Source of the DNA: Camelus ferus
Taxonomy: Eukaryota
Length of the DNA: 64,000 nt
Assembly (NCBI RefSeq): GCF_009834535.1
Contig: NC_045732.1
Span: 79,980,001 to 80,044,000, forward strand
Direction of reading: 5' to 3'
The notes under the pieces were generated by a model. That model had not been told where the DNA came from and did not search any database. It saw only the letters and a list, made by a program, of their open reading frames with translations. Positions 10,701-24,925 of the stretch are shown here, one piece after another; position 1 is the stretch's first letter, and each line of letters starts with the position of its first letter. Position numbers and translations under genes: made by a program.

Positions 10701-11899
10701 CCATCAAGCCAGCTAGGCCTTAGTGTCCTCAAACAGGCAGTTGGAGCAAACAAAAGGTGGGAGCAGATGGCAGGAATGGTCACCAGGGTGCCCCCCAGAC
10801 CCCAGACATCCTTGGACTCAGACGAGGATGGAATGAGCTGCCTTCATCCCTTGGAGCATTTTATGCCTGTGCAGGTCACAGGCACTTCCTCACTGAGCCT
10901 TGAAGTCACCCAGCTGTTTTGACTGCAGGGTGCAGTGCCTGTGCGTGACCACACGGACTTACTGTGGGATGCGGAAACTTTGTTCTCCTCATACTAACGG
11001 TACCTGCTTACCAGTACTGTCCCATTTATTCACGGGGTCGAGGAGATGATCTCATTTGCTAAAGCAAGAGACAGGATACAGTTGCCTTGAGATTCTGGCT
11101 TTTGATAGAGTTCCATTCATACACCTGGGGAACATCACTCCTGGAATTTCTGACAGATGGCAGCGATTGCCCCTGTCCACGTCTTACGCCTCCGATAGCT
11201 GAGTTTCCGTGTCTGACTTGCGCTTGACTCTTTCGTTCGCTTCTGCTGCCATTTCAGAGCCCAGTGGTCTTAGTAATTTTTGGAAAACAGACATCCCCTG
11301 GTACCCCTGCAGAGACAAGCCTAATCAAAGCAGCAGTGTCAGGCCTCTTTATCCTCCCCTTTGATCCCATGACTAGTCTTTCAAAGGAGCTGACCCTGGG
11401 GAGGCAGGTCCCTTCGACAGAGGGCCATTCTGGAGAAGCTCTTCACTGTGGGTCATCATCCACCATCACCCGTAGCAGCTGGGCGAACGAGTGCCTTAGT
11501 CATGACGAGGAGATCTGGGCAGGTAGCACCCCATCCGTTGTAATCCGTCCCTGGCAACACTCATCTGGCAAGTTCACCTCATTTGAGGATGGCTCCTTGA
11601 GGATTCTGGTTGGTCTCTTCCTAAAGAATCATAGACGACAAGGATCGTGGACAAATAATGGGCCCTCTGTGGCAGCAGGCTGCTAAGCCACAACTGCTGG
11701 TCACTCTCTTCTGCCTCCTGTCCATTCTAGAGTCCCCGTAGTCTCGGCCAGGACCTCTGCTGTCTTCGGTGGCCCTTACTTGGTGAGGTAATGCAGACTT
11801 CTGTCCCTGAGGGCTCTGAGCCCCTGGTCCGATGCCCTTCTCAGGCTGTTGCTCTTGCACTTGAGCATTTACAGAGAAAGTAAGCAGGGACACCAAGAC

Positions 11900-14640
11900 A
11901 CATTCAAGTGCGCCACCTGGGCATTCGGCATGTCACTCTCTGTTCCCGTTGTGCCCGAGTAACCCTGCCCCCTCCTTGTGATCAGGGTCAACTATCCCCG
12001 GCAGGATGGCGACTCCTCTGTGCGCCTGCTGGTCCCCAAGTAGGAGGAGCCCAGTGTGCCCTGGGAGGACCCATGGCTTCTAGGTCAATAGGATTCTTAT
12101 CTTGCCTCCTGGTGGAAACATTCTCACTTTTTGAACAATATGTCTAGCCAGCACTGACCAGTATCCACATGAGGCTGAGTATGAGTACTGAAATGTGCCT
12201 AGAGTGTCCGATGGCCTAAACGTTTAACTTAAGATAATACAGTGAAATGTACATAGGTACATGTGGCTAAAGGCTAGACAGCACAGGAGTGGACCTACAG
12301 AACCTAAACTTGGGGGACACGAAGCACAGATTCCCATGAAGGTCACAGGGAGTGATGGCAAGTGGGGGCACTCAACCCTCTGGTTCATGGATCATGTATT
12401 TGATCTCTTGCTGGGAAATGATGATGATATATTTAGAGTGTGTCCAGTAACCTGGAGGATGACACCCCATCCTCCGGGGCTGTCGTCTCCCACTTGGCAC
12501 CTCGTTTGTGCTTGGAAGAGGCCATTTCACTGCTCCAGAAGACCAGCAGCTTCTGGAAGGTGCGGGCTGAGGTAGCAGCTTTGGATCTCATGGCCTCCCT
12601 CTGAGCACCTCGTTCGCTGTAAGAGAGTCTCTTGGTCCCAGGTGGTCAAAGGAGACATCCTGTTAGTCAATTGGGCATTCTGTGAGCCCTCAGTTAGTAG
12701 CACCAGACAAGGCACTACAAGTAGGAAAGTCAAAGCCATACCTAGAATGTGTATAAATTTCAGTAAACTTGAACTTCTCCCCCTTCAAGGATGGAAGTGA
12801 GATGTTGTCAACAAGTAGCCATATTGGCTCATTGGTCTACTTGAGCAGTGGTGCAACACTGGAGATTAGGCATTAGCGTCTGTACTGGCAGGGTCAACAT
12901 GTGGCAGCAGCAGTAGCTAATCTGCCTTGGGTGGGTGGGTATGCTGTTGAACGCATACCTAGCATCTGCCCCCGCCACCATGGCTACTCCGTGTATCAGA
13001 ACATTGTGCAGCAACGATGTGGCCACTTACAGAGGCTGGCTGCTGTCAATTAGTCAGGCCATTCTGTCTTCTTCACCGTTTAGTGCCTCCACTGTGGTGG
13101 ATGCTTCTGTGAGCATTAAGGTGTCATATACATATCTTCACGTCCAGTGCCCCTTGCAATAAGTCCGTTGATATAGCCCTTCTCCGAACCTACTTGCTGC
13201 AATCTCCAAATAGTTCTCATTCTAGGTCCCTGACCAACTGGCCAATCCCTTTCCCGTCGTCTTTAAGTCCATGTATATTCTTAGCTTGGGCCACTTCTTT
13301 TATCCATACAACGTGGATCACTAGATGCACCATGTGAGGCTCTGCCCACTGGGAGAATGCTTCTGCTCACCACTGCCTTTCAAGGTCACTCTTGATTAAG
13401 GCAGTATTGCAGCAGGAGTCCATTTTCACCTTGTACCTGAAATTCAAGCAACCCGCTGATCAACTATGCTCAGCATTTCTACCCCTCCTGTAGCTGGTCA
13501 TGAAAGAAGTTCCTGGTCCGTTAAGCTACAGGAATGAGCTGAGGGGCAGGTGCTGGTGCAACATCTACAGGTGCTGTTGGGTCTAGGTCACCTTCTTGTA
13601 ATCCATGGCCCTGCTTGTGTCTGGTCCCAGACACACCACTTCCATTTGATGGTGGATGACTGTTGCAATCACCTCACTTTGTGGTTCTGGCAGAACCGAC
13701 CTCATGAGGACCGATGGCTGCATGTCAGATGCCGAGGCTGTTCTGATCTGTTCTAGCAAAGATAACAAATCTGGTAAAGCAGTAGCCATTGAGTATGCGG
13801 TAGTCTGTAGTCCTCCTTTAGCATCCATCCGGTTTCAGTAGGGTCCAGACTGCTGAGGAGGTATGATGGGGACCACCAGCCCTGCATCCTGTTGGTCTTA
13901 AGGGTGTCATTAATATTTGGCATCTCCCCACATGAAATCTTGGTTTCTGTTTACTCTCATGGTCAAGGTACCAGGAGTACACTCAGCCTTCCCCACTCTA
14001 ATAGCTCTTATAATAACGGCCCCAGACCCAGGCGGGACTTGTGCCCATCATCAAGCCAGTCCATTTTAATTACACATTTGGAGACTGCAGGCACAAGTGC
14101 TCTGGGTCAGACCTAGGGCAAAACGCCACATACTCCTGGTCTACACATGCTTCCACTCTACCAGGGGGCCTTGATGAAGCTAAAGGTACAGAGTATCAGG
14201 GCCAAAGCACATCCTGTTTCCAGGAGTTCTCACAGCGTTTCGATATTGCCTCTTTCCCCAGTGTTCGGTTGCCAAGGTGAATGGACGTGGGTCTCTTTGT
14301 GCGATAGACTTGGGGAACCATTACTATAGAAATTTGCCACGATGTTTTGGGGTCTTTCCTCAGAGGGGCCCCTCCTACCCTTCAGTCAATGGATTCTGCC
14401 TCTGACAGTTGGCTCAGGTCTGGAAACCAGGGAGGAGATCTCGACTTTGGTTGGAGCGGTTTACCCCAGCCTCTTGCTGACACACCCTTGATTTCTTTTG
14501 TTTATACAAGTTAAGCAACATACTTGTTGGCTGTCCATCTGTCTTGACAATAAAAATACTGTGTCCTGTTGACAATCTCTATACCTCTCTGCAGGTCAGA
14601 GCCCCAGATGCTGTCAACTTTGTTGCTTATCACAATCATT
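11900..14640 (-). mobile_element. Decayed ERVL (class III) internal region: gag C-terminus, RT, integrase and dUTPase-like segments; probably resumes at about 18337-18700 after the L1
   Basis: Minus-strand remnants: DGQPTSMLLNLYKQK (gag, about 14450-14530), ATALPDLLSLLEQIRT (RT, about 13740-13790), SHGGGG...RYAFN (integrase HH region, about 12950-13000), GWGVILQ (about 12450), FPPGG...PGHTGLLL (dUTPase-like, about 12030-12125). Confidence 0.75.
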
Positions 14641-14661
14641 GTGACCACTTTTTGTTTGAAC

Positions 14662-17600
14662 ATTTTTTTATTGAGTTACAGTCATTTTACAATGTTGTGT
14701 CAATTTCCAGTGTAGATGGCAATTTTTCAGTTATACATGAACATACATATATTCATTGTCACATTCTTTTTCACTGTGAGCTAACACAAGATCTTGTATA
14801 TATTCCCCTGTGCTGTACAGTACAATCTTGTTTATCTATTCTGCATATGCCTGTCAGTATCTACAGATTTCGAACTCCCAGTCTGTCCCTTCTCACCCCA
14901 CTCCCGCTTGGCAACCACAAGTTTGTATTCTATGTCTATGAGTCTGTTTATGTTTTGTATTTATGTTCATTTTTGTTTGTTTTAGATTCCACATATGAGC
15001 GACCTCATATGGTATTTTTCTTTCTCTTTCCGGCTTACTTCACTCCAAATGACATCCTCCAGGGACATCCATGTTGCTGCAAATGGCGTTATGTTGTCGG
15101 TTTTTATGGCTGAATAGTATTCCATTGTATAATATACCACCATTTCTTTATCCAGTCATCTGTCGATGGACATTTAGGCTGTTTCCGTGTCTTGGCTACT
15201 GTAAATCGTGCTGCTATGAACATTGAGGTGCAGGAGTGTTTTTGAAGTAGGGTTCCTTCTGGATATTTCCCAGGAGCAGGATTACTGGGTCATAGGGTAA
15301 GTGTATTGCTATTCTTTTGGTGGAAACTCTATACTGTTTTCCGCGGTGGNNNNNNNNNNNNNNNNNNNNNNNNNNNNNNNNNNNNNNNNNNNNNNNNNNN
15401 NNNNNNNNNNNNNNNNNNNNNNNNNNNNNNNNNNNNNNNNNNNNNNNNNNNNNNNNNNNNNNNNNNNNNNNNNNNNNNNNNNNNNNNNNNNNNNNNNNNN
15501 NNNNNNNNNNNNNNNNNNNNNNNNNNNNNNNNNNNNNNNNNNNNNNNNNNNNNTTCCTTGGAGAATTGCTTGTTTAGGTCTTCTGCCCATGTTTGGATTG
15601 GGTTGTTTGTGTCTTTCTTATTAAGTCGTATGAGCTGCTTATATATTCTGGAGATCAAGCCTTTGTTGGTTTCATTGTTTGCAAACATTTTCTCGCATTT
15701 CGTAGGTTGTCATTTTGTTTTGCTTATGGTTTCCTTTGCCGTGCAGAAGCATGTAAGTTTCATTAGGTCCCATTGGTTTATTCTTGCTTTTATTTCTATT
15801 GCTTGGGTAGACTGCCCTAGGAGCACATTTCTGAAATATATGTCAGATAATGTTTTGCCTATGTTTTCTTCTAGGAAGTTTATTGTATCTTGTCTTATGT
15901 TTAAGTCCTTGATCCATTTTGAGCTTATTTTTGTGTATGGTGTAAGGGAGTGTTCTAGCTTCATTGATTTACATGCTCCTGTCCAGTTTTCCCAAACTAT
16001 TTGCTGAAGAGACTGTCTTTATTCCGTTGCATATTCTTGCCTCCTTTCTCGAAGATGAGTTAACCAAAAGTTTGTGGGTTCATTTCTGGGCTCTATGTTC
16101 TGTTCCATTGGTCTATATGTGTGTTTTTGTACTAATACCATGCTGTCTTGATGACTGTAGCTCTGTAGTATTGTCTGAAGTCCGGGAGAGTTATTCCTCC
16201 AGCCTCTTTCTTTCTCTTCAGTAATGCTTTGGCAATTCTAGGTCTTTTGTGGTTCCATATAAATTTTATTATGATTTTTTCTAGTTCTGTGAAANNNNNN
16301 NNNNNNNNNNNNNNNNNNNNNNNNNNNNNNNNNNNNNNNNNNNNNNNNNNNNNNNNNNNNNNNNNNNNNNNNNNNNNNNNNNNNNNNNNNNNNNNNNNNN
16401 NNNNNNNNNNNNNNNNNNNNNNNNNNNNTTCCTTAATCAGTGTTTTACAGTTCTCCTTGTATAAGTCTTTCACCTCCTTGGTTAGATTTATTGCTAGGTA
16501 TTTTTTTACTTTGGGTGCTATTTTAAAGGGGATTGTTTCTTTATTTTCTTTTCCTGTTGATTCATCGTTAGCATAAAGAAATGCAACTGATTTTTGAACT
16601 TCAATCTTGTAACCTGCTACCTTGCTGAAGTCTTCGCTCAGCTCTAGTAGTTTTTGTGTGGACCTTTTAGGGTTTTCTGTATATAGAATCATGTCATGTG
16701 CATCGAGTGACACTTTTACCTCGTCTTTTCCAATTTGGATCCCTCTTATTTCTCTCTCTTGCCTGATTGCTATGGCCAAGACTTCCAAGACTACGTTGAA
16801 TAGGACTGGTGATAGTTGGCAGCCTTGTCTTGTCCCAGATTTTAGTGGGAAGCTTTTGAGTTTTTCACCGTTGAGTACTATGCTGGCTGTAGTTTTGTCA
16901 TATATAGCTTTTACTATGTTGAGATATGTTCCCTCTATACCCACTTTGGTGANNNNNNNNNNNNNNNNNNNNNNNNNNNNNNNNNNNNNNNNNNNNNNNN
17001 NNNNNNNNNNNNNNNNNNNNNNNNNNNNNNNNNNNNNNNNNNNNNNNNNNNNNNNNNNNNNNNNNNNNNNNNNNNNNNNNNNNNNNNNNNNNNNNNNNNN
17101 NNNNNNNNNNNCCTGGTCATGATGTATAATCTGTTTTATGTGCTGTTGGATTCTATTTGCTAAGAATGTGGTAAGGATTTTTGCATCTTTCTTCATCAGG
17201 GATATTGGTCTGTAATTCTCTTTTTTGCTAGTGTCTTTGCCTGGTTTTGGTATCAGGGTGATGGTGGTTTCATAGAATGAATTTGGGAGTATTTCCTCCT
17301 TTTCAATCTTCTGGAAGACTTTGAGAAGGACTGGTATGAGTTCTTCTTTGTATGTTTGATAAAATTCCCTGGTGAAGCCGTGTGGTCGTGGACTTTTATT
17401 TGTAGGGAGGTTTTTTTATTTGCTAAATTGGTTTCATTTCTAGTGATCGGTTTGTTCAAGTGGTCGGTTTCTTCTTGGTTCAGTCGTGGTGGACTGTATG
17501 TTTCCAGTAACTTGTCCATCTCCTCTAGGTTATCCATTTTGGTTCCATATAGTTTTTCATAATATTCTCATATGATATTCTGTATTTCTATGTTATTTGT

Positions 17601-18313
17601 TGTAATTTCTCCATTTTCCTTTCTTATTTTGCTTATTTATGCTCTCTTTTTTTTCTTCTTTGTGAGTTTGGCCAGAGGTTTGTCGATCTTATTTACTTTT
17701 TCAAAAAACCAGCTTATGGTTTGATTGATTTTTTTCTATTGTTTTTTTAGTCTCTATTTTGTTTCTTTCCTCCCTGATCTTTCTTATTTCCTTCCTTCTG
17801 CTGCCTTTTGGGGGGTTTTTTGCTCTTCTTTTTCTAATTCTTTTAGTTGGTGGGTTAGATTGTTTATTTGAGATTGTGCTTCTTTTTTGAGGAAAGCCTG
17901 TATCGCTATAAACTTCCCTTGTAACACTGCCTTTGCTGCATCCCATAAATTTTGTGTGATTGTGTTTTCATTTTCATTCGTCTCAAGGTATTTTTTAATT
18001 TCAACTTTGATTTCATCATTGACCCATTGGTTTTTTAATAGCATGCTGTTTAATCTCCATCTTCCAAACAGAAAATAAATGAGGCAACAGAGAAATTAAA
18101 TGATACAATATAAAAATTAGATTTGGTGGATATTTTGAGAGCATTACACCCCCCAAAAATAGAATATACATTCTTTTCAAGTGCACATGGAACATTTTCT
18201 AGGTTTGCTTATGTACTTGGACACAAAAGAAGCCTCAACAATTTTAAGAAGATAGAAATTATCTCAAGCATCTTTACTGACCACAATGCCAGTGAAACTT
18301 GAAATCAACTACA
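14662..18313 (-). mobile_element. Young lineage-specific L1 (camelid-like), 5'-truncated, with a 5' inversion at 18061-18313
   Basis: Poly(A) end at about 14662; ORF2 fragments ([44 protein letters not shown]); degenerate TSD at 14641-14665 and 18314-18336. Confidence 0.92.
15350..17111. other. Three sized gaps inside the young L1 (15350-15553, 16295-16428, 16953-17111)
   Basis: N runs of 204, 134 and 159 nt, typical of short-read assembly across a high-copy L1. Confidence 0.95.
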
Positions 18314-18699
18314 GTGACCACTTTCTTTTGAAATTTAAGACGCACCTCCTGAACTGAAGGGCCACATGATCAAAAACTTCTACTTCTTTTTTTTTTTAAT
18401 GACATTGCAAGAAATGGGGACTCTGAAGTCAGCACCTGCACATCACTAACACCAGAATGCACTGACCACAGGTGCTGCTGTGGGCACCACCCTCCTGTGT
18501 CTTCCCACGATCTGAACCAGGGGAGTATGAATACATTGGATTCAGGCACTACTCGTGAGCACACAGGAGGCAGCTCCAGGAATTCTACAAAATCACCTGG
18601 TCATGATTTTCAGAGGTTAGAGATGCCATATCAGGCGAGTGTGAGTGCAACTGGTGAAGTTTAAATTGTTACCGTTAACACAATTCCTAAGGAAAAGGG

Positions 18700-19480
18700 A
18701 GAACTGATTATCATTTGTAGTCAATATGATCTTGTATATAGAAAATTCTAGTGAACACCCCCCCCCAAAGAAAAACCTATAGAAACTATTAAACGAGTTC
18801 ATCAAGGATGTAGAACACAAGATCAATGTTTCAGAAAATGAATTGCATTTCCATGTACTAGCAGTGTATAATCCCAAGGTGAAATTCTGAAAACCAGTCC
18901 TTTCACAATAGCATCAAAGAAGAGATATTTGGAAGAAGACAATAAATCACATGAATTATTCACTAAATACTGCAAAACATTGCTGAAAGGAGTTTTTCAC
19001 AACAACAACAAAAACAACCTAAAAGAGAGAGATGAACTCTGCTCATGAGTCAGGAGATGCAATGTTGTTAAATGCCAGGTTGCTCCAAATCGATGTATGG
19101 ATTCTACACCGTCCCTATCCAAATTCCAGCAGAGTTTTGTGTAGAAATTGATGAGCTGATGTGAAATTCATCTTATGATGCAAAATGCCCAGCATAGCCA
19201 CAAAATGTTTGAAAAAAAAAGCTAGAGGACTTCCTTGCACTTGGTGATATCAAAACCTAAAGTAATGATATAGGAACCATGACAATACAATTGTGTTGTA
19301 AGGTTAGGCGTATAGACCAACAGAACAGAATGGAGGTTTCCTAGATAAACTCATTTACCTGTGGTTAATGGATTTTTAAAAGGTGCTTATATGGTAAATA
19401 CACAGGGATAGGATCATCGTTTCAACAATTGGTGCTGGGAAAAGTCGGTATCCACCTGCAAGAATGTAAATTTATAGCAT
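18700..19480 (+). mobile_element. Old L1M ORF2 fragments
   Basis: Matches such as gatatgatcttgtatatagaaaattc, atagcatcaaa and ttcaacaattggtgctggga to L1 ORF2. Confidence 0.65.
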
Positions 19481-21839
19481 TTCCTCAGATCACACTCAAA
19501 AATTCTTCAAGTACAGCTGAAATCTTCAACCCCATTACCGCCTGCAAGGGTGGTTTCTGCATCTGCGCTTCTGCTCTGTAAGCTGCCATTGTCTCTATCT
19601 GCCTGTCTGTCTCTTCCACTTGGGGGAGCAGTGGTTTTGCCTGCCACCTCCATTCTCTCATGGATCTGAGAAGAGTCACTGATTTTCAATGTGCTCACCT
19701 GTTTTCTCTCTGTGAGGATGGGTTGTGCTGACTTCCAAGCTCCTCACATGCCTGACCAGAAACCACAAGTCTCCAGTAAATGTTTGGTTCTTGAAAGGTG
19801 GTATTAAGACCCCTTGTATGCCAGCAGGAGTGATCAGGTCGAGAGCAAGGGTTAAATGATGCAAGAAAAAAAGGGGCAGAATTTAAAGAGAAAAGTGCTT
19901 GGGAAAGAGTGGGCTTCTGGTCTTAAATAGGTGCCTGGAAGTTTGTAACCCTTTAAGGGATCGGGGCAGAGAATGCAGGCATCTGGGTGGGGTCATGAGA
20001 AGAGGGAGAAAACAGGTGGCAACGTGACCAGGTACAGAAGTAGACCCGCACACATATGCAGGCACGGACAACCGCTCATCAGTAACACGACAAAACTCCG
20101 AGGTGAAAACGTAATCTTATCAACAATTAGGTCTGGAACAACCGGATAGCCACGTGCCAGAAATAAAGCTTAATCTGTACCTTGCTCCATATAACAAATA
20201 ACACAAAATGGATGGTAGAAGTCCATGTCAAAAGTAAAAGTGTGATGCTTCCTGGAGAACACCTCGGAGACGATCTTTGTCACCTTTGGTGAGTGTGGTA
20301 AGTTTGAAGATATCGAGGTTGATCAAGGAAGAGCCCGGGCCAGGAGAGGCAGGAACACACAAGCATCGTGGAGCAGCACTTGGATGCGGTTGCCTGAGAG
20401 GAGAGTCCCTCCCAGGAAGGACCTTCGAGAGGCAGAGGCACCAGGCCACCTCCCAGAAGGGGCATAACGCCAGGGACCTCCCAGGAGAGAAGGGGAATCG
20501 GACGGGGGCTTCACACATCTGGAAGGTGCTGCTCGGCAGCAAGGTGGCAGTCTCTGGGCTAGAGAGCTCCAGGGGGCGCTGGCAGTCACAGACCTTTACC
20601 GCTGCAGGGTTTGTCTTCTGGAGGGTTAGTGACGGTGGGACGGCGGGTGCCGTTTGCGGCGCCTGCGAAGTGGGGAGGTTCTAAGTAGCTGCGTAGCACA
20701 GGACTGGATTTCAACTTTCAAAGAAATGTCTTCCTCGACCTCCCATTGTCCTTGTGTTTCGTGGCTCACTCCAGAACTTAGTAAAATTCTTTGCAGAACT
20801 GTCCAGGTGTTGGGCTCCAAATGCTACCTTCGTCAGCTCCCATCAGACAACTCCCCCCACAGCTGCATGGGAGCAGCTCCTCTCAAGGTCACCAGTTACC
20901 TACATTTTCACCAACTAACAGTAAATTCTCACCGGCACTCAGCAGAGCTGACCACGTGCTCCCAGAGACTGTTCCACACTTGCATTTCCTTCACTCTCAC
21001 TGACTCTTCCTTCCCAGCTCCTTTCCCTGAAGACCTAGCCAAATGGCTCCAAGTGGCTCACAGCCTTGAACTTGGTCTTGGTCGCCGTCTCTCTCACCTG
21101 GTGATCATGTGTCCAGTCCCGTGGCTTCACATGCCATCTGTCCCCTGGGAACTCTCAGTTTCTACCAATAGCGAACTCTTTCCTGAGTTCCAGACTCCTC
21201 TATACATCCTCTGGGTTGCCTAGCAAATTCACAGACAGAGCTCGGGTTCATTAGAGCTCTTTCCGTCCTCCCGCCCCTCCCCAGTCTGGTTCCACTTGCA
21301 TCTTCGGAACGTCCATCCATGGAAACTCTGGTTTCCAGGTGTTCGAGCCCAAATTGCCATAGTCTTTCTGGGCCACCTGCTTTCCCTCGCATTCAGCATC
21401 CAAACAGCCAGTGAGGCCTGGATGGCTCTCACTCCAATTGCTTCAGGACCGCAAAGGAGGCAGGGATCACTGGGAAGCATCGTGGAGACTGCTCCTCTAG
21501 GCAGGGACTCTGTTGTTCACGGCTGCTTTGCTGGTGCCAAGCACAGTGCCTGGAACACAGAAGAGTAGCCCTTAGTGCCTGCTGACCTCCCGATGGTTCA
21601 CATCTCCTAGGAGCCTTCTGTTCTGAAGAATAGAGGTTGTGAAACACCAGCTGAAACATGTTCGTCTCCACTGCTTGGAACAGAGTTCTTCAGAACAAGT
21701 CTTCTTTTTTGTTCCAAAGGGTATTCGTACAACCTTGCACAGTGTCTGGCATGTGGTAGGTGCTCAGTACAGGAAGAGATGCATAAAGGAATAATGAATC
21801 CTTGACTGAGTGATTATACACATGGAACCAAATCTATGG

Positions 21840-22650
21840 GTACAACAGAATCATTTTTAAGGCTTTATTGACATATCATTTAAATACCATAAAATTTTCC
21901 CATTTAAAGTGGTCAGTTAAATATGGGTATTAAATGTCCTGAGTTGTACAGCCATCATCAAAGGCAAAGGCTCGAAAATGTCCGCCACCTTCGTAAGATC
22001 CCTCGTGCCACCTGTAGGTAAACCCTGCTCTCGCCCTCCACCGCAGGCAAACGCTGCTCCACTGTCTGTCTCTAAGGGTGTGATTGTCTCCGAGCTTGTT
22101 ATGAACGGGCTCCTGTCTCACGGCTTACTGGGCCCATCCTGGTTAGCACATGCAGCGGGGGTTGTTTTGGCTTCCTTGTATTCACTTTATCTTCGAATAC
22201 TATGTCATTACATCGCACGGACTGATCACATGTTGCTTATTCACTCACCAGTTGAGGGACATTTGGGTTGCTTCCCTTTGCAGTTACCCTGACTATCGTC
22301 CTAGTCACAGTCACGTGGCAGTCTTAAGACGAGCACGTATTTCCTTTTTCCTCAGGTAGTGGAATTGCTGGTCATAGGGTAATTTTATGGTGAAAACTTT
22401 CAGTATTGGATTGTCTTTATTTTTGAGTTGCAGAGGGCTTTTTTGGTTTGTTCTGTTTCATTGGCTAATCTGGAAATGAGTCCCTCATCAGGGTCAGGGA
22501 CATGATTTGCATATATTTTCTCCTCGACTGTGGTTTTCATTTTCTTAGTTGTGCCTTTTACTATGAAAAAGTATTTATTAATTTTTTTTCATTCAGGGAT
22601 GGTGGTTTTGGTGTCTTACTTAAGAATTCTTTACTAAATCCAAGGTTGTG
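21840..22650 (-). mobile_element. Old L1M 3' fragments
   Basis: T-rich sequence with L1 3' motifs (cccatttaaagt, cacctgttgagggacatttgggttg-like, ggaattgctggtcata). Confidence 0.6.
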
Positions 22651-24925
22651 AAGATTTTTTCCTATGACGGATCCCTTCCCGTGGGCCAGCACAGACCCCA
22701 GGACTGGCCGCACACCCCCCTGTGGGCGAGCACCAGCCGGGACTCCCTGGGCTCCGCCCCGCCCCCCTACCAGCAGGTCAACAGCAACACCGGAAGCCCT
22801 AGAGCCCTGAAGCCAGCACCCCAGGGACCCAGCTGCCTACTGGGCGGCCCGCACCTGCAGGAAGCAGAGATGGATGGAGGGGCCCACGGGGGAAGACCAG
22901 GCAAGGGCACCTGGGCAACGTCAGCTCTCAAGGACCCGGGGACTCGGGCAGGAGGACCCTAGATTCATAAAGCCCACAGACAGTCCCCAAATTCTGTCTG
23001 ATGTGCCTTGTCACTTTCTGTCGTTAAGCCTGCTTTTGTATTTTGGAAATAGAGTCCTGCCGTTTGTTCCTTTAGCACATCATGAAGTCGTGAGAATAGA
23101 AATGAATGAAGTCACGGAAGTTTGGTCTCAGCTAGAAAGAGGGGAACAGGGCAGCGTGGACACATTCAGAGCAGCCTGATCTTTACTAAAAGGCTCTACA
23201 ATCGTGGGACCAGTACCAAGCACCACGTAGGGTTCTACATCTGTAACATGGGTTTCACAACCTGCACTTTGTGATGCTGTTGGAATGGAGGCCATGTAGT
23301 AAAACACCTGGCTCAATGCCTGGTGTGTATTGGATCTTTAGTGGCTGGTACATATTTCTAGTATTATTTTCACCCCAGACCCTACCACTCCCTCTCTGGA
23401 AATGATTTTGCTCCCATGACATCTCTGAGAACTTCTAACTCAGTAGGAAACAGAAAGGAAATTCAGCCGAATGGCCACTCTACATATTTCCCTCCTGGAG
23501 GATACATTATACAATTTGGCTGTGTGTGAGCTGAGGTCTTCCCCGGCTGGGAGTAACGAGCTCAAAGCTCCAGAATTTCAGTTAAAAACCAGCTCCTTCC
23601 CTGTTTTGCAGCTTCTCTTCCATCCAAACCATTATTTTACTCATTTCATCCCCACAAAAATCTAGATCTTGCTTAAAATTGGCTAAATGGCACTCAAGGT
23701 AACAAAGATTTTCTCAGCTCAGTGGAATCGATCCTGGCTTTCTGAGACCGGGAAGAAGACTTCCTGCCCAGTGGGTTCTGGGCCTCACTTCAGGGAAGTT
23801 TCACTCTGGTCCTAAGGAAACCCTTGGGAGATGATGGATTATAAAACACCTAGCTCGTAAGTGCATTCGAGTGCAATGTGACAGGACCCCAGAATGACTT
23901 CCTTCTTTCCCCAAGAGGAGCGCTCTCTTTGCTTTCTTCAGGATCCAGAAGGATCCTCTCAGTGCCTCATGTCCGATTGTCCTCTCAGCCTTAACACATG
24001 CTCTTTGATTCTAGCCGCCGCCACGCCGCCACCACCCAGCTACTTTACCAACACCTCCCACAGAAGGACCCCCAGCTTCCCAAGGCCCCCAACTGCCCAG
24101 GCTCCTGGCACCTATACTTGAGTGCTCATTCCCAGACTCCCACCGCCTCACCCCATTTTTACTTGCTCTATGGGACTTAAGGGACATCTCACCATCTTCC
24201 TGATGTGACTGCGGCTCCGAGACTATCATTGTAGGTGTGGGGCGTCCTGCTTTTCCTAGTGTCCCCACTACTAACACAGGGTCCACCAGAGAGCAGAGGC
24301 TCAGTGAATGTCTGTGGAATAAATAAGATGGGGAGCAGGGATCCTACTGATTCAGATTGATTTTCTCCACGTTCTTCAATAGCCCATGCAAATCCAACTC
24401 AACATGGATATCTTAGTTTTACAGAATGACAGACACAATGGGATAAGAAGCTAGAAATTGATGGGGAATGCTTAACCCCATCAAATTTATTCTTACATTT
24501 TCTTCTCATTGCTCCCCCAAATTCTAATTCCATGTTATCTTGTTCAGGATGACACAATAAGATGGGAGATTTACAACTTGTTTTACAAAACAGCAAAACT
24601 CTTGTGTTTGAACTGGATAAGGATACAGACATTGTGATTAATGTCATTGACAAAGTTAGATAGTGAAGCTTATTAAATCTTCTGATACAAGGAACACCAC
24701 TGAAAAATTTCTACAGGAAACAAAGATCAATTTCCATGTCATCATAAGGGATGGGAGGAGCCCAGAGATGCTGTACACCGTGTCCCCCCAACTGGCCCAG
24801 GCTGTCACCCCTTAGGAGGCTGCCTGCTCGCTCTCCAAACACACAGTGAAGGATGGACTCACTTCCGGCCCGACAGGAGAAGCTGCCGGACAGGGGCCTG
24901 GAAGGAGCCCGGCTGCAAGCCTGGC

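Noticed and set aside
9200-11900. Possible ERVL env or 3' LTR continuation
   Set aside because: Orientation and position fit, but I found no diagnostic motif.
19485-19700. Coding-looking 64-aa ORF among L1 fragments
   Set aside because: It could be decayed L1 ORF1 or transposase sequence; no family could be assigned by eye.
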